Below are positions 1-8,687 of a DNA stretch of 20,896 bases, piece after piece. The notes beneath the pieces are model-generated. The model saw nothing but the letters and a program-made list of their open reading frames with translations. It made no database searches and was not told the DNA's origin. A program made the translations under genes and the position numbers. Each line of letters opens with the position of its first letter. Positions within the stretch are counted from its first letter, which is position 1. Source of the DNA: a bacterium (lineage in GTDB: Bacteria; Zixibacteria; MSB-5A5; GN15; FEB-12). The DNA is taken from positions 1-20,896 of the forward strand of contig JBDRNJ010000029.1 in NCBI GenBank assembly GCA_043811375.1. The letters are read 5' to 3'.

Positions 1-607
1 TATCTACGGTGAGTTGGATCAATTCGATTTTGTCGATGCCAATGATGTACTTACGGTCAAGTGTGGCGATGCGATGCTGGATCGGGCCAAGGAACATATG
101 TTTGCTCTGCTGCTCAATATCGTGTCTGGCCGTATTGGCAACGAGACAGTGATTTCGGCCGACGATAGAGTTACTGCGGAAGCTGTGAGCTATGTAGCAA
201 GTTTGATCAGCGATGATGACGAGACGAACGATGAGTTCGCAAAGAACATCTGCGAACTGATAAACACGGGCGCACTTATTGGTAGCGGTGTGATTCCATC
301 CTCCTCTGTCCGATACAAGTTGACGGGCGTCCAGCCTTTGCCGGGGGAATTCCTATTGGAGCAAAACTACCCCAATCCATTCAACCCGACTACCGAGATC
401 GGCTTTGCGCTTCCGTCAGCGATGCGAGCGAGTTTGTGCGTCTACAACATAGCCGGGCAAAGGGTAGAAACGCTGGTGAGTGGGTTCCTGGAAGCCGGAA
501 GACATGCCGCACATTGGGATGCATCTACTCTCGCCAGCGGAGTGTACTTCTATCGCCTCGAAACCGAGGAGTTTACTGCCTCACGGAAGATGGTGCTAAT
601 GAAGTAG
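1..607 (+). CDS. 3' part of a secreted protein with C-terminal T9SS type A / FlgD Ig-like sorting domain (5'-truncated by window edge)
   Basis: Frame is open from position 2 to TAG at 605-607. The C-terminus LEQNYPNPFNPTTEIGFALP...VYNIAGQRVETLV...WDASTLASGVYFYRL...SRKMVLMK is the classic Por/T9SS CTD-like pattern. Confidence 0.88.
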   Translation, partial: IYGELDQFDFVDANDVLTVKCGDAMLDRAKEHMFALLLNIVSGRIGNETVISADDRVTAEAVSYVASLISDDDETNDEFAKNICELINTGALIGSGVIPSSSVRYKLTGVQPLPGEFLLEQNYPNPFNPTTEIGFALPSAMRASLCVYNIAGQRVETLVSGFLEAGRHAAHWDASTLASGVYFYRLETEEFTASRKMVLMK

Positions 608-640
608 GTAGCCCGGAAAGTAGTTTCAATCTTGTCAATG

Positions 641-664
641 GAGGCGGGTAATTCAGCCCGCTTC
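641..664 (+). terminator. Hairpin, probable terminator of the upstream gene
   Basis: GAGGCGGG (641-648) pairs with CCCGCTTC (657-664), one G-U pair, 33 nt after the stop codon. The U-tract is weak. Confidence 0.5.
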
Positions 665-758
665 TCAATTCGTCGAAATGTCAGGTATGCATGACTAAAC
701 GGGCCAAAATTTCGTTCAGTTGTCCCCGTAAGTCGTTGGTACTAAGACATAATACTGT

Positions 759-781
759 GGATTGCTAATCCGTTATAGGGG
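759..781 (+). other. tRNA-Ser(GCT)-like anticodon-arm fragment, possible att-site remnant
   Basis: GGA-TTGCTAA-TCCG-TTATAGGGG reads as an anticodon stem-loop with GCT centred in a 7-nt loop, followed by a variable-arm-like start. No D arm, T arm or acceptor stem is present. Confidence 0.35.
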
Positions 782-816
782 ATGGAAAAGCGGCCGCATA
801 AGAGGGCCCTCCCTGC

Positions 817-1071
817 TCACAGCTTCACTCCCATTCTCTTGGCAATCTCGGCAATCGACGGCGAATCCGGCTGTTTTCTCGCAGGACGACCAGCGAAAAA
901 CTCGATCAGCGCCATGGCAACAACGTCGCTCCTGCTCATCCTGGTGTGATATGCCTCACCATTGACCATCTCGACCAAGCGGGCAGGTAGATTGTATGAG
1001 GCCGTTTTCTTTTCGACTTCGCTACTCGGCCTACCCGGCCCGGGTCGCTTCTTTCGCTTCTTGTCGGCCAA
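817..1071 (-). CDS. Ribbon-helix-helix (CopG/MetJ/Arc-like) DNA-binding protein
   Basis: 84 aa. A basic N-terminal arm (KKRKKRPGPGRP) is followed by the RHH pattern KTASYNLPARLVEMVNGEAYHTRMSRSDVVAMALIEFF. TTG start with a GGAAGGA RBS-like motif upstream. Confidence 0.75.
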   Translation of the reverse strand: MADKKRKKRPGPGRPSSEVEKKTASYNLPARLVEMVNGEAYHTRMSRSDVVAMALIEFFAGRPARKQPDSPSIAEIAKRMGVKL

Positions 1072-1173
1072 AGGTCACCGTCCTTCCTGTCCGCGCGCTA
1101 CGTTTCACTACTACCCTTCCCAGATAGCATATTCAGCGACATTAATCAATACTAATATTCTAATAATATGATA

Positions 1174-1202
1174 TTGACAAATGGCCGATATAATGGTAGA
1201 CT
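1174..1202 (+). promoter_or_regulatory. sigma70-type promoter of the original recombinase gene
   Basis: TTGACA (1174-1179), a 17-nt spacer, then TAGACT (1197-1202) with extended -10 TG at 1194-1195. An AT-rich tract (1141-1173) lies upstream, and a GAAGAGG RBS precedes ATG 1236. Confidence 0.7.
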
Positions 1203-1235
1203 AAGGTGAGTGTGAATTGAAGTGAAGAGGTTCCC

Positions 1236-1270
1236 ATGTCTAATCAACACGGTCAGGATTGTACTCCAGG
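1236..1270 (+). pseudogene. N-terminal fragment (codons 1-12) of the serine recombinase, separated from the rest by IS21
   Basis: Joining 1236-1270 to 3777-4446 gives one uninterrupted 234-aa frame MSNQHGQDCTPG-KSEGLVVGYIRVSTDRQ... Confidence 0.8.
1265..1270 (+). repeat. IS21 target-site duplication, left copy (TCCAGG)
   Basis: Identical TCCAGG at 3771-3776, immediately after the right IS end. Confidence 0.9.
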
Positions 1271-1369
1271 TGTCATCGGCCGGGCAAAACCAGCCACTAG
1301 GGGTCACATTAAAACCCGCCACTTAGAGAGGAAGGATTCGCCATATATACCTTCGTCAGGAGGTATTCA

Positions 1370-2929
1370 ATGGCGAACGTACTCAAAGTGGCTGTTGTAC
1401 ATGCAATTATCGGGCTACTGGACCAGGATTGGTCGTATCGGCGGATTGCCCGTGAACTGGGCGTCGACCGTGGCACCGTGGCCCGCTATGATCGGCTGAG
1501 GCTGTCAGCGGATTCAAAACCAGCCAACCCGACCCCCGGGTATCTTGGCCTGGCGCCCACCGCTCGCTCGCTGGGTCCGCCCAGCCGGTGTCAGCCATTC
1601 GAGGCCGTCATCAAGAATGAGCTGGATCAAGGGCTGTCCGCTCAACGGATCTATCAAGACCTGGTTACCGAACAGGGCTTTGACGGCTCCTACTCTTCGG
1701 TCAAGCGTTTCGTTCGCCGGTTGGGGGGCAAGACTCCCTTACCCTTCCGCCGCATGGAATGCGAACCCGGCCATGAAGCTCAGGTCGACTTCGGATCGGG
1801 CGCCTGGATAGTCCAGGACGGCAAGAAACGCCGAGCTCATGTTCTCCGTGTTATCCTGAGCCATTCTCGCAAGGGGTACTCAGAGGCGGTCTTCAAACAG
1901 ACCACCGAGAACTTCATCAGAGTCCTGGAGAATGCCTTCTACGCTCTCGGTGGCGTTCCCAAAACGCTGGTGATCGACAACCTTAAAGCGGCCGTGACAA
2001 AGGCCGACTGGTTTGATCCTGAACTGAACCCGAAGATCCTGGCCTTCGCCCGACACTACGGTTTCGTCTTCCTGCCAACCAAACCATATATGCCAAGGCA
2101 TAAAGGGAAGGTGGAGTCGGGTGTCAAATACGTCAAAAACAACGCTCTGAAAGGGCGCACCTTCTCAACTCTGGCTGAACATAACCAGTTCCTGGCTCAT
2201 TGGGAGCGACAGGTAGCCGATACTCGCATCCACGGCACCACCCGGCAGCAAGTCGGCAAGCGGTTCCGTGATGTAGAACGAGCGACTCTGATGCCGCTGG
2301 CTCAAGAACGGTTCCCGCTCTACGCCGAAGGAAGACGCAAGGTCAATCGCGACGGTCACATAGAGGTCGCCCGAGCTTACTACTCGGTTCCTCCTGAGTA
2401 TCTGGGACATCGGGTATGGGTACACTGGGACAGTCGCATGGTGAGGATCTACAACGAACAGTTGCAGCAGATAGCCGTTCATGTCAGGGTCTCGCCGGGG
2501 AAGTTCCACACCGACCGCAGCCATCTGGCCGAGGCCAAGATATCATCTGTCGAACGGGGCGTTGAGTACATGCTGACTCGAGCGCGTCGTCTGGGTGATG
2601 GCGCCGGTCGCTGGGCGACGCAGATGATCGCGGTCCGGGGTATCCCGGGTGTCCGGGTCCTGCAGGGGTTCTTGTCGCTGGGTAAGAAGTATCCGGCCAA
2701 CGTCATCAACCAGGCCGGTGACAGAGCTTTGGAGGCGGCCTGTTTCCATCTTCGTCCCGTGCGCCAACTATGCCAACGCTACGCCGAGGACCAGGAGGAA
2801 CTCTCCTTCTCCGATGAGCATGCCATCATACGGCCACTGTCAGAATACCAGAACCTTCTAACCAAGTCACCAATAGCATCTCAAACCAAAAACAAAAAAG
2901 CCACTTGTGGCCCACAGGTGAAACAATGA
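1370..2929 (+). CDS. istA: IS21 family DDE transposase
   Basis: 519 aa with an N-terminal HTH (WSYRRIARELGVDRGTV). Core motifs EAQVDFG, LVIDNLKAAV and KGKVESGVKYVK; C-terminal YYSVPPEYLG. AGGAGG RBS. Confidence 0.96.
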   Translation: MANVLKVAVVHAIIGLLDQDWSYRRIARELGVDRGTVARYDRLRLSADSKPANPTPGYLGLAPTARSLGPPSRCQPFEAVIKNELDQGLSAQRIYQDLVTEQGFDGSYSSVKRFVRRLGGKTPLPFRRMECEPGHEAQVDFGSGAWIVQDGKKRRAHVLRVILSHSRKGYSEAVFKQTTENFIRVLENAFYALGGVPKTLVIDNLKAAVTKADWFDPELNPKILAFARHYGFVFLPTKPYMPRHKGKVESGVKYVKNNALKGRTFSTLAEHNQFLAHWERQVADTRIHGTTRQQVGKRFRDVERATLMPLAQERFPLYAEGRRKVNRDGHIEVARAYYSVPPEYLGHRVWVHWDSRMVRIYNEQLQQIAVHVRVSPGKFHTDRSHLAEAKISSVERGVEYMLTRARRLGDGAGRWATQMIAVRGIPGVRVLQGFLSLGKKYPANVINQAGDRALEAACFHLRPVRQLCQRYAEDQEELSFSDEHAIIRPLSEYQNLLTKSPIASQTKNKKATCGPQVKQ

Positions 2930-3696
2930 ATGTACCGCTGATGTCCAATCTCAAGAAGCTGCGGCTATCGGGACTGGCCTCCACCCTCGAGGTCCGTCTG
3001 CAAGAGGCGGCCGGCAATCAACTCAACCATCAGGAGTTTTTGGAACTGATCGTCAATGATGAAATGGCCGTTCGCGACGACCGGGCGATCGCGCGAAGAA
3101 TCAAGAAGGCCGGCTTCCGGGAACTCAAAAGTCTGGAGGATTTCGACTTCAGCTTCAATCCCTCTATCAAGCGACGTCAGGTCATGGATCTGGCCACCGG
3201 CCGCTTCATAAGAGACAAGACTGATTTGCTTCTTCTAGGTCCGCCCGGAGTGGGTAAGTCGCACCTGGTGCAGGCTATCGGACACCAGGCGGCCAGGATC
3301 GGATACACGGTGCTCTATCGTTCCATCTTCGATACCATTGCCGAGTTGACCCAGGCTGAGAACTTCGGTGACAGTATCAAGACCATGAACCGTTATCTCA
3401 AAGTCGACCTGTTGATAATCGATGACATGGGTATCAAAAGATTGCCCAAGCAGTCCGGGGAGTATCTGTTCGAGATTATCATGCGACGGTACGAGTTACG
3501 TTCCACGATCATGACCTCCAACCGACCGCTGGAGGAATGGGGCAAGTTGATTGGCGATGTGCCGACCGCAACGGCTATCCTCGATCGCATCCTCCACCGG
3601 GCCGAGATCATCCAGATCACGGGCAAGAGCTATCGATTGAAAGATCGCGCAACCAAAACAGATCGAGCTTGCCAAAAGGAGAAGAAGGCATCATGA
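2926..3696 (+). CDS. istB: IS21 helper AAA+ ATPase
   Basis: Walker A GPPGVGKS, Walker B LLIIDDMG, TSNRPLEEW and AILDRILHRAEIIQITGKSYR. ATG at 2926 overlaps the istA stop (ATGA), giving 256 aa. Confidence 0.96.
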   Translation: MNVPLMSNLKKLRLSGLASTLEVRLQEAAGNQLNHQEFLELIVNDEMAVRDDRAIARRIKKAGFRELKSLEDFDFSFNPSIKRRQVMDLATGRFIRDKTDLLLLGPPGVGKSHLVQAIGHQAARIGYTVLYRSIFDTIAELTQAENFGDSIKTMNRYLKVDLLIIDDMGIKRLPKQSGEYLFEIIMRRYELRSTIMTSNRPLEEWGKLIGDVPTATAILDRILHRAEIIQITGKSYRLKDRATKTDRACQKEKKAS

Positions 3697-3770
3697 TAGA
3701 GATGTCGGAGAGTTAAACTGGCGGGTTTTGACCCGACCCAAGGTGGACGGTTTTAACCCGGCCGGTGGCA

Positions 3771-3776
3771 TCCAGG
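3771..3776 (+). repeat. IS21 target-site duplication, right copy (TCCAGG)
   Basis: Matches 1265-1270. Confidence 0.9.
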
Positions 3777-4446
3777 TAAATCTGAGGGTTTGGTTGTCGG
3801 CTATATCCGCGTGTCGACCGACCGCCAGGCCCAAAACGGCCACAGCCTGCAAGCCCAGGAAGACAGTATCCGGGCCTATGCCCGGGCGCACGAACTCCCG
3901 TTCAGTCGGGTTTACATGGACGACGGAGCCAGCGGCAAAGACACCGACCGCCCTGCCCTGGCTCGTCTGCGGGCCGATTTGCCTGAGATCGGCACGGTGA
4001 TCGTCTACAAGTTCGACCGGATCAGCAGGTCGGTGGTGGATTTGTACGAACTGCTGGGCGAATTCGAGGCCGCCGGGGTGGACTTCATGTCGGTCAGCGA
4101 AGGCGTCGACACCGGCACGGCCGTGGGCGAGTTCATTATGTCCGTCATGGCGTCCCTGGCGCAAATGGAGCGCAAACTGATCGCCGAGCGCACCCGGCAC
4201 ACCCTGGCCAACAAAAAGGCCAATGGCGAGCACGTGGGCCGCGTTCCCTTTGGTTTCCGAGTCGGTCCCGACGGTTGCCTTGAAAAAGACCCGGACCAGC
4301 AGAAGGCGGTCACCAAGATGAAACGTGCAAGGCGATCGGGGCTGTCTTTTCAGGCCATTTCCGATCGGTTTGGCGTCCCCAAAACCACTGTCAGGCGCGT
4401 CACAAACGCCCACCAAAACACGCGCAATGCCATGTATCTCAGATAG
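3777..4446 (+). CDS. Serine recombinase (resolvase/invertase-type catalytic domain + short C-terminal DNA-binding region), native start displaced by IS21; possible restart at TTG 3790
   Basis: Catalytic motif GYIRVST, plus DDGASGKDTDRPAL, VYKFDRISRS and MERKLIAERT. These are followed by GRVPFGF and an HTH-like GLSFQAISDRFGVPKTTVRRV. Confidence 0.9.
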
Positions 4447-4462
4447 TTATCTGTGTCTCGTC

Positions 4463-4488
4463 GGGCCACAACCGAGCGTTTGTGGCCC
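4463..4488. terminator. Hairpin between convergent genes
   Basis: GGGCCACAA (4463-4471) / TTGTGGCCC (4480-4488): a 9-bp perfect stem with no clear U-tract. Confidence 0.4.
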
Positions 4489-4535
4489 AGCATACGTTGA
4501 TGGCTGCTCGGGTCCGAGCCACCCGTTCCTTCTCG

Positions 4536-7500
4536 CTACGGGCACAGCGGTGGCATCGGTCCTTCGTGGAACATGAAATTCACAAGGTACACAAGGTCGG
4601 ATATGTCAATTAGTCCGCCGGATCCATTGATGTCCGCTTCTCCGAAGCAGGGCGGCTCCGGACCGGATAAGAAACTATAATTCACCAGATACACCAGATC
4701 CGTGATATCCACAGTCTCGTCGCCACTGTGATTGACATCACCGCGGATCTCGCAACAGTATTCGCAGGCATCGCCTATGCCGTCGCCGTCGGCATCGGCT
4801 TGGTCTGGGTTGTGGACTTCAGGGCAGTTGTCAGCTGACCCGCAGATGCCATCAGAATCTGCATCATTAAGCGTATCGAACGGGCAGAAGTCGCACACGT
4901 CTCCAATGCCATCCCCATCAGCATCGTTTTGGGACCCATTGTAGTTGTCCGGACAATTGTCGCAGACGTTACCGAAGCCATCACCGTCAGAATCCGTCTG
5001 GCCGGGATTGTCGACGGTCGGGCAGTTATCACAGGCGTCACCCAGCGTGTCGCTGTCGGAATTGTCCTGATTAGGATTGTCGACCGTCGGGCAGTTATCA
5101 CAGGCGTCACCAAGGGTATCGCCGTCGCTATTCTCCTGGCCGACGTTTGGAACGGTCGTGCAGTTGTCACAGGTGTCGCCCACGTTGTCAGCGTCAGCGT
5201 CGTCCTGAACAGGGTTGAAGATGCTGGGGCAATTGTCATTGTTGGCACAGAGTTCGTCTCCGTCGGAGTCATTCTGGCCGTCAAATGGACACTCGTCGCA
5301 CACATCGCCGATGCTGTCATTGTCCGCGTCTGATTGGGCGTGGTTAGAGTCTTCCGGACAGTTATCGCAGGCATCGCCTACTCCATCTGCATCGAGATCC
5401 GCTTGGTTCACATTAGCTACATTCGGGCAGTTGTCGCACGAATCCCCCAGACTGTCAAAGTCAGTGTCTTTCTGCTCCGCGTTGTAAGCGGAAATGCAGT
5501 TATCGCAGGCATCGCCAACACCATCCCCCTCCTCGTCCTCTTGATATACATTAGCCACAGTCGGGCAATTATCGCAGGCATCGCCCAGCGCGTCGCTGTC
5601 GGAGTTGATCTGATTCGCATTGGCCGTCAGCTGGCAGTTGTCGCACAAATCACCCACGCCGTCGCTGTCGGCGTCCGCCTGCCCCGGATTAAAGACAGAG
5701 GCACAGTTGTCGCAGCCGTCTGCCGTCCCGTCCCCATCAGAATCCGTCAGGTCATCATATCCAGGGCACGCATCGCAACTGTCGCCGATCCCGTCCCCGT
5801 CCGTGTCCTCTTGTAGTAAATTACCGGCCATCAAGCAGTTATCGCATGAATCACCAACGCCGTCCTGATCGACGTCCTCTTGCAAACTGTTCTGTGTGTG
5901 GCGGCAATTGTCTGTGTCATTTGGAACACCGTCAAGATCGTCGTCGCATCCGACCGCGATCGAAACATGGAGTGTATCTGGACTGGTCGGAGCGTTACTT
6001 GTGAATATGAGTCTGCCGGACAGCACCACTATCGAGTCGGGATCGTTAACCACTCCGTCGAAATTCAGGTGCACCAAACCGGTCAGTGCGTTTGACATCC
6101 CTGACGGGACCATACCGCTTTCGAAACCAGAGGTTTGAAGCCACCCCGAGGGTCCCGAATCAATCTCAATACCGATGTCGAAGTACAGATTTAGGGGTCC
6201 GACATTTGTAATAGTAAGGGCAGTATCGGCTTGCACCCCGTGATCAGTACAGGGAGATTCGACGTCACGCCAAGATGCTCGGAACTGCGCATCGAACATC
6301 GGTTCAATGCAGGCCAACCTGAACCAACGTACATCAGCAGATTGCCAAGTTCCCTCGTCTAGTACAATGCCCCCTGGGTCAGGGTCATCAATGTACATCA
6401 CGTCGAGAAAATAGTCTCCTGTGTATTGCCCACTCGGGTCAACAATCAGCGAATCAGGCGCATTTACGATCAGGTTAGTGCCATAGCGTGCCATCGAGGG
6501 CCAATGCTCGGACTGGCAACGTCCGCCAGCGCCGGTGGCCGAGTCGCAGCCCGGAGTGTAAGAGTTAGTCAGGTTACGAGCACCATCCCACAACAGACCG
6601 GTCAGATCCGGGCAGACAGACAGGAACAATTCACCGTTGGCCGAGCCGACGCGGTCGGAGCCGTCGAGACCTCTTTGGGCGCAGTCATCTTCGATGCCTG
6701 CAGGAATATCATTAAATTGCACCCAAATGAAGTAGAGGCGATCGTTACACTCAGAGATGGACATTTTTGAACCATTCAGCTGCCAGTTTCCACCATTGCA
6801 CGTTGTTTGGTCCCATTCCAAGTCAGCCACTCTAACTATCGCACCGCGCGGCAATCCATCCGCGTGATCAGTGTTGAAACCGAGACTCTCTCCCCAATGA
6901 AACATGGAGCAATCGTACCCGACACTGTCGGCAATCGGATCCGCTGGCCAAACCCTTCCGTTCCAAGCTATATGCAAGATATTATCTGAAGTTATGAGCG
7001 CCGACAGATCAGTGTAAGGACGATAGCCCGTTTCGCCCTGACGGTTCTTGGTCAGGTTGACACGGGTGTTCCAGGTCGCACCGTAGTCGTAGGAAACTTG
7101 GTAGTAAATGTCGTTTTCAAGCTGAACGCTGTATTCGGCATAGGTCCCAGTGTTGTCCGAGCAGGTGTCACAGAGGCTCAGATCCGGGCAGAGGTTGGCT
7201 GTCCAAACCAGAGCCACCTTGCCAGTGGTATAGGAGCAGGCTACATCCTGAGAGATATCAAAGACGGTATCAACGATAATGGGCGGGAAATCCCAGGTTC
7301 CGGCAGCGTCGGCGCCGATCTTACGGAAGTAATAGATCGCCTGCGGATCGGCCGCGTTCGGCATTGAGGCCTGCGCGAAGGCGTGAAGCACGGGTGTCTG
7401 ACCGGCCACATCTTGATAACACATGGTCGGCCAGATGGTGTACTCAGCTCCCGTCTGGGCGCTCCAGTTCTGAGTAGCGTCAGGAATGCGGCTATTGCCG

Positions 7501-8063
7501 GTAAAGAATGCAGAAGCTGGTGAAAAATCCCAGTAGAACTGGCAGGAATAACCGGCGCCCTGGTTGTTGTGACCACCAACGACGGCGCGGTTGGGCCCGC
7601 TGCCCGCGGTGGTTCTGGTTACGTCGATAGCCACAAAACCTGCATACTCACCCGAAGGCTGAACCGATTGCTGACTTGTTTGCGAAGCCGAATTGTCAAC
7701 CCATGCGGTGTACCGATAGGCCCGGCTCCCGGCGATGTCTCTGGTCGGCAGATACATCCAACCGAAGTGGACAATTGGACCTGACGGCGCGCTGTTACCC
7801 CAGTCCACCATCCGGCCCATGGAGCCGTTCTTTTGGTAGTCGTACCATGTGCTACCGATTCGACGGCCAAGGGCAACAGATTCAGATTGGAGGTCGCTTA
7901 GTTGTAGGGCTGGCGGAGAACTAATTGAAGGTGCCTCGTTACCGGCACGCGGTAACGTCTCGCCAAGACGTGCACGGTTGACTTCGTCAGCGTAAACGAC
8001 TATTGATGCAATGGCCAGAAAGACAGCTAATACAGCGATTCTCAACGGACCCCCCATTAGCAC
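4536..8063 (-). CDS. Large secreted protein: signal peptide, uncharacterised N-terminal domain, thrombospondin type-3 repeats, C-terminal dockerin-like domain
   Basis: 1175 aa. Hydrophobic leader [19 protein letters not shown], one Asp-box-like motif (SYDYGATW) and 17 DxDxDGxGDxCDNC-type repeats. The tail has duplicated EF-hand-like motifs [22 protein letters not shown] / [21 protein letters not shown]. Confidence 0.9.
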   Translation of the reverse strand: MLMGGPLRIAVLAVFLAIASIVVYADEVNRARLGETLPRAGNEAPSISSPPALQLSDLQSESVALGRRIGSTWYDYQKNGSMGRMVDWGNSAPSGPIVHFGWMYLPTRDIAGSRAYRYTAWVDNSASQTSQQSVQPSGEYAGFVAIDVTRTTAGSGPNRAVVGGHNNQGAGYSCQFYWDFSPASAFFTGNSRIPDATQNWSAQTGAEYTIWPTMCYQDVAGQTPVLHAFAQASMPNAADPQAIYYFRKIGADAAGTWDFPPIIVDTVFDISQDVACSYTTGKVALVWTANLCPDLSLCDTCSDNTGTYAEYSVQLENDIYYQVSYDYGATWNTRVNLTKNRQGETGYRPYTDLSALITSDNILHIAWNGRVWPADPIADSVGYDCSMFHWGESLGFNTDHADGLPRGAIVRVADLEWDQTTCNGGNWQLNGSKMSISECNDRLYFIWVQFNDIPAGIEDDCAQRGLDGSDRVGSANGELFLSVCPDLTGLLWDGARNLTNSYTPGCDSATGAGGRCQSEHWPSMARYGTNLIVNAPDSLIVDPSGQYTGDYFLDVMYIDDPDPGGIVLDEGTWQSADVRWFRLACIEPMFDAQFRASWRDVESPCTDHGVQADTALTITNVGPLNLYFDIGIEIDSGPSGWLQTSGFESGMVPSGMSNALTGLVHLNFDGVVNDPDSIVVLSGRLIFTSNAPTSPDTLHVSIAVGCDDDLDGVPNDTDNCRHTQNSLQEDVDQDGVGDSCDNCLMAGNLLQEDTDGDGIGDSCDACPGYDDLTDSDGDGTADGCDNCASVFNPGQADADSDGVGDLCDNCQLTANANQINSDSDALGDACDNCPTVANVYQEDEEGDGVGDACDNCISAYNAEQKDTDFDSLGDSCDNCPNVANVNQADLDADGVGDACDNCPEDSNHAQSDADNDSIGDVCDECPFDGQNDSDGDELCANNDNCPSIFNPVQDDADADNVGDTCDNCTTVPNVGQENSDGDTLGDACDNCPTVDNPNQDNSDSDTLGDACDNCPTVDNPGQTDSDGDGFGNVCDNCPDNYNGSQNDADGDGIGDVCDFCPFDTLNDADSDGICGSADNCPEVHNPDQADADGDGIGDACEYCCEIRGDVNHSGDETVDITDLVYLVNYSFLSGPEPPCFGEADINGSGGLIDISDLVYLVNFMFHEGPMPPLCP
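4761..5945 (-). repeat. Thrombospondin type-3 (Ca-binding) coding repeat array, 17 units plus one partial, mostly 23 aa / 69 bp
   Basis: Counted directly from the translation. Units 3, 10 and 16 are shorter (20-21 aa). Confidence 0.9.
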
Positions 8064-8300
8064 AGTGATCCATATCTCTCCCCGTAAGATCGCCGAAAAC
8101 CCGGTTTAGTCAAGGCAAAACAGGACTACTTTATTCATCATTGGTGCCGTTGTCGATGCCGGGTTGCTTCGATGGTCATTTCCGTCTGTGCCGGACGGTA
8201 CCGTCAAGGGCATCTAAAGCCGGACACCCCAAGTTTTTTACTGACAGCCCCTGTCAGTCCGGGCTATTATTCTGAATCCAGAGACTGGGAGGTGTGCTCG

Positions 8301-8639
8301 GTGGAAGAACCTAAACAGTTGCCCAAGGTGGCCATTCTCGTGCCTGCGCTGGTCGCGGCTGCGATGTGCTTGGTTGCGTTGGGCAACAACCCCTACAGCT
8401 ACTACCAGACATTGCGGCTCGTTGTGTGCGGCGTCTCCACGTTCCTGGCGTGGGCCGCTCACAGGGAAGGCAAGGAAGGCTGGTCCGTTGCCTTAGGAAT
8501 GGTGGCCGTCATCTTCAATCCGATCATCCCTATCCACCTGTCACGCTCGATCTGGGCCGTCATTGACCTGGCCACGGCCGGTGTTCTCTTGGTGGCTGGG
8601 TTCAAACGGTTCCCGGGCAAAAATTTAGCGGATCGCTGA
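8301..8639 (+). CDS. Small integral membrane protein, DUF6804-like
   Basis: GGAGG RBS 7 nt before GTG 8301, which is more likely than the 8172 start. Motifs PYSYYQTLRLVVC and IFNPIIPIHLSRSIWAVID match my recollection of this family. Confidence 0.8.
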   Translation: MEEPKQLPKVAILVPALVAAAMCLVALGNNPYSYYQTLRLVVCGVSTFLAWAAHREGKEGWSVALGMVAVIFNPIIPIHLSRSIWAVIDLATAGVLLVAGFKRFPGKNLADR

Positions 8640-8687
8640 AAAGCAAAAAACATGTACAATCGTAAGAGCATGGTGAAAGGAAAGGGA

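Larger units (their letters stand above)
1271..3770 (+). mobile_element. Complete IS21-family insertion sequence (2500 bp)
   Basis: TG...CA termini. Left end TGTCATCGGCCGGGCAAAACCAGCCAC versus right-end reverse complement TGCCACCGGCCGGGTTAAAACCGTCCAC. Internal AAAACC(A/C)GCCA repeats at both ends, istA-istB pair, 6-bp TSD. Confidence 0.95.

Noticed and set aside
1236..1499. 87-aa ORF starting at ATG 1236
   Set aside because: Chimera of the recombinase's first 12 codons read into the IS left end.
3691..4416. 241-aa minus-strand ORF
   Set aside because: Antisense shadow of the serine recombinase with no independent motifs.
1271..4446. IS21 plus resolvase as one composite Tn552/Tn5053-like transposon
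   Set aside because: The IRs and TCCAGG duplication close the IS at 3770, and the recombinase frame continues from 1236-1270. The recombinase is the target, not part of the IS.
4761..5945. Periodic DNA repeats as a possible CRISPR array
   Set aside because: The repeats are degenerate, in frame and encode TSP3 units. There is no constant repeat with unique spacers and no cas gene.
8050..8073. G6 tract that would put upstream ATG 8073 in frame with the TSP3 gene if one G were lost (phase variation)
   Set aside because: A 6-nt run is short for slippage, and in-frame GTG 8063 and ATG 8057 already give an intact signal peptide.
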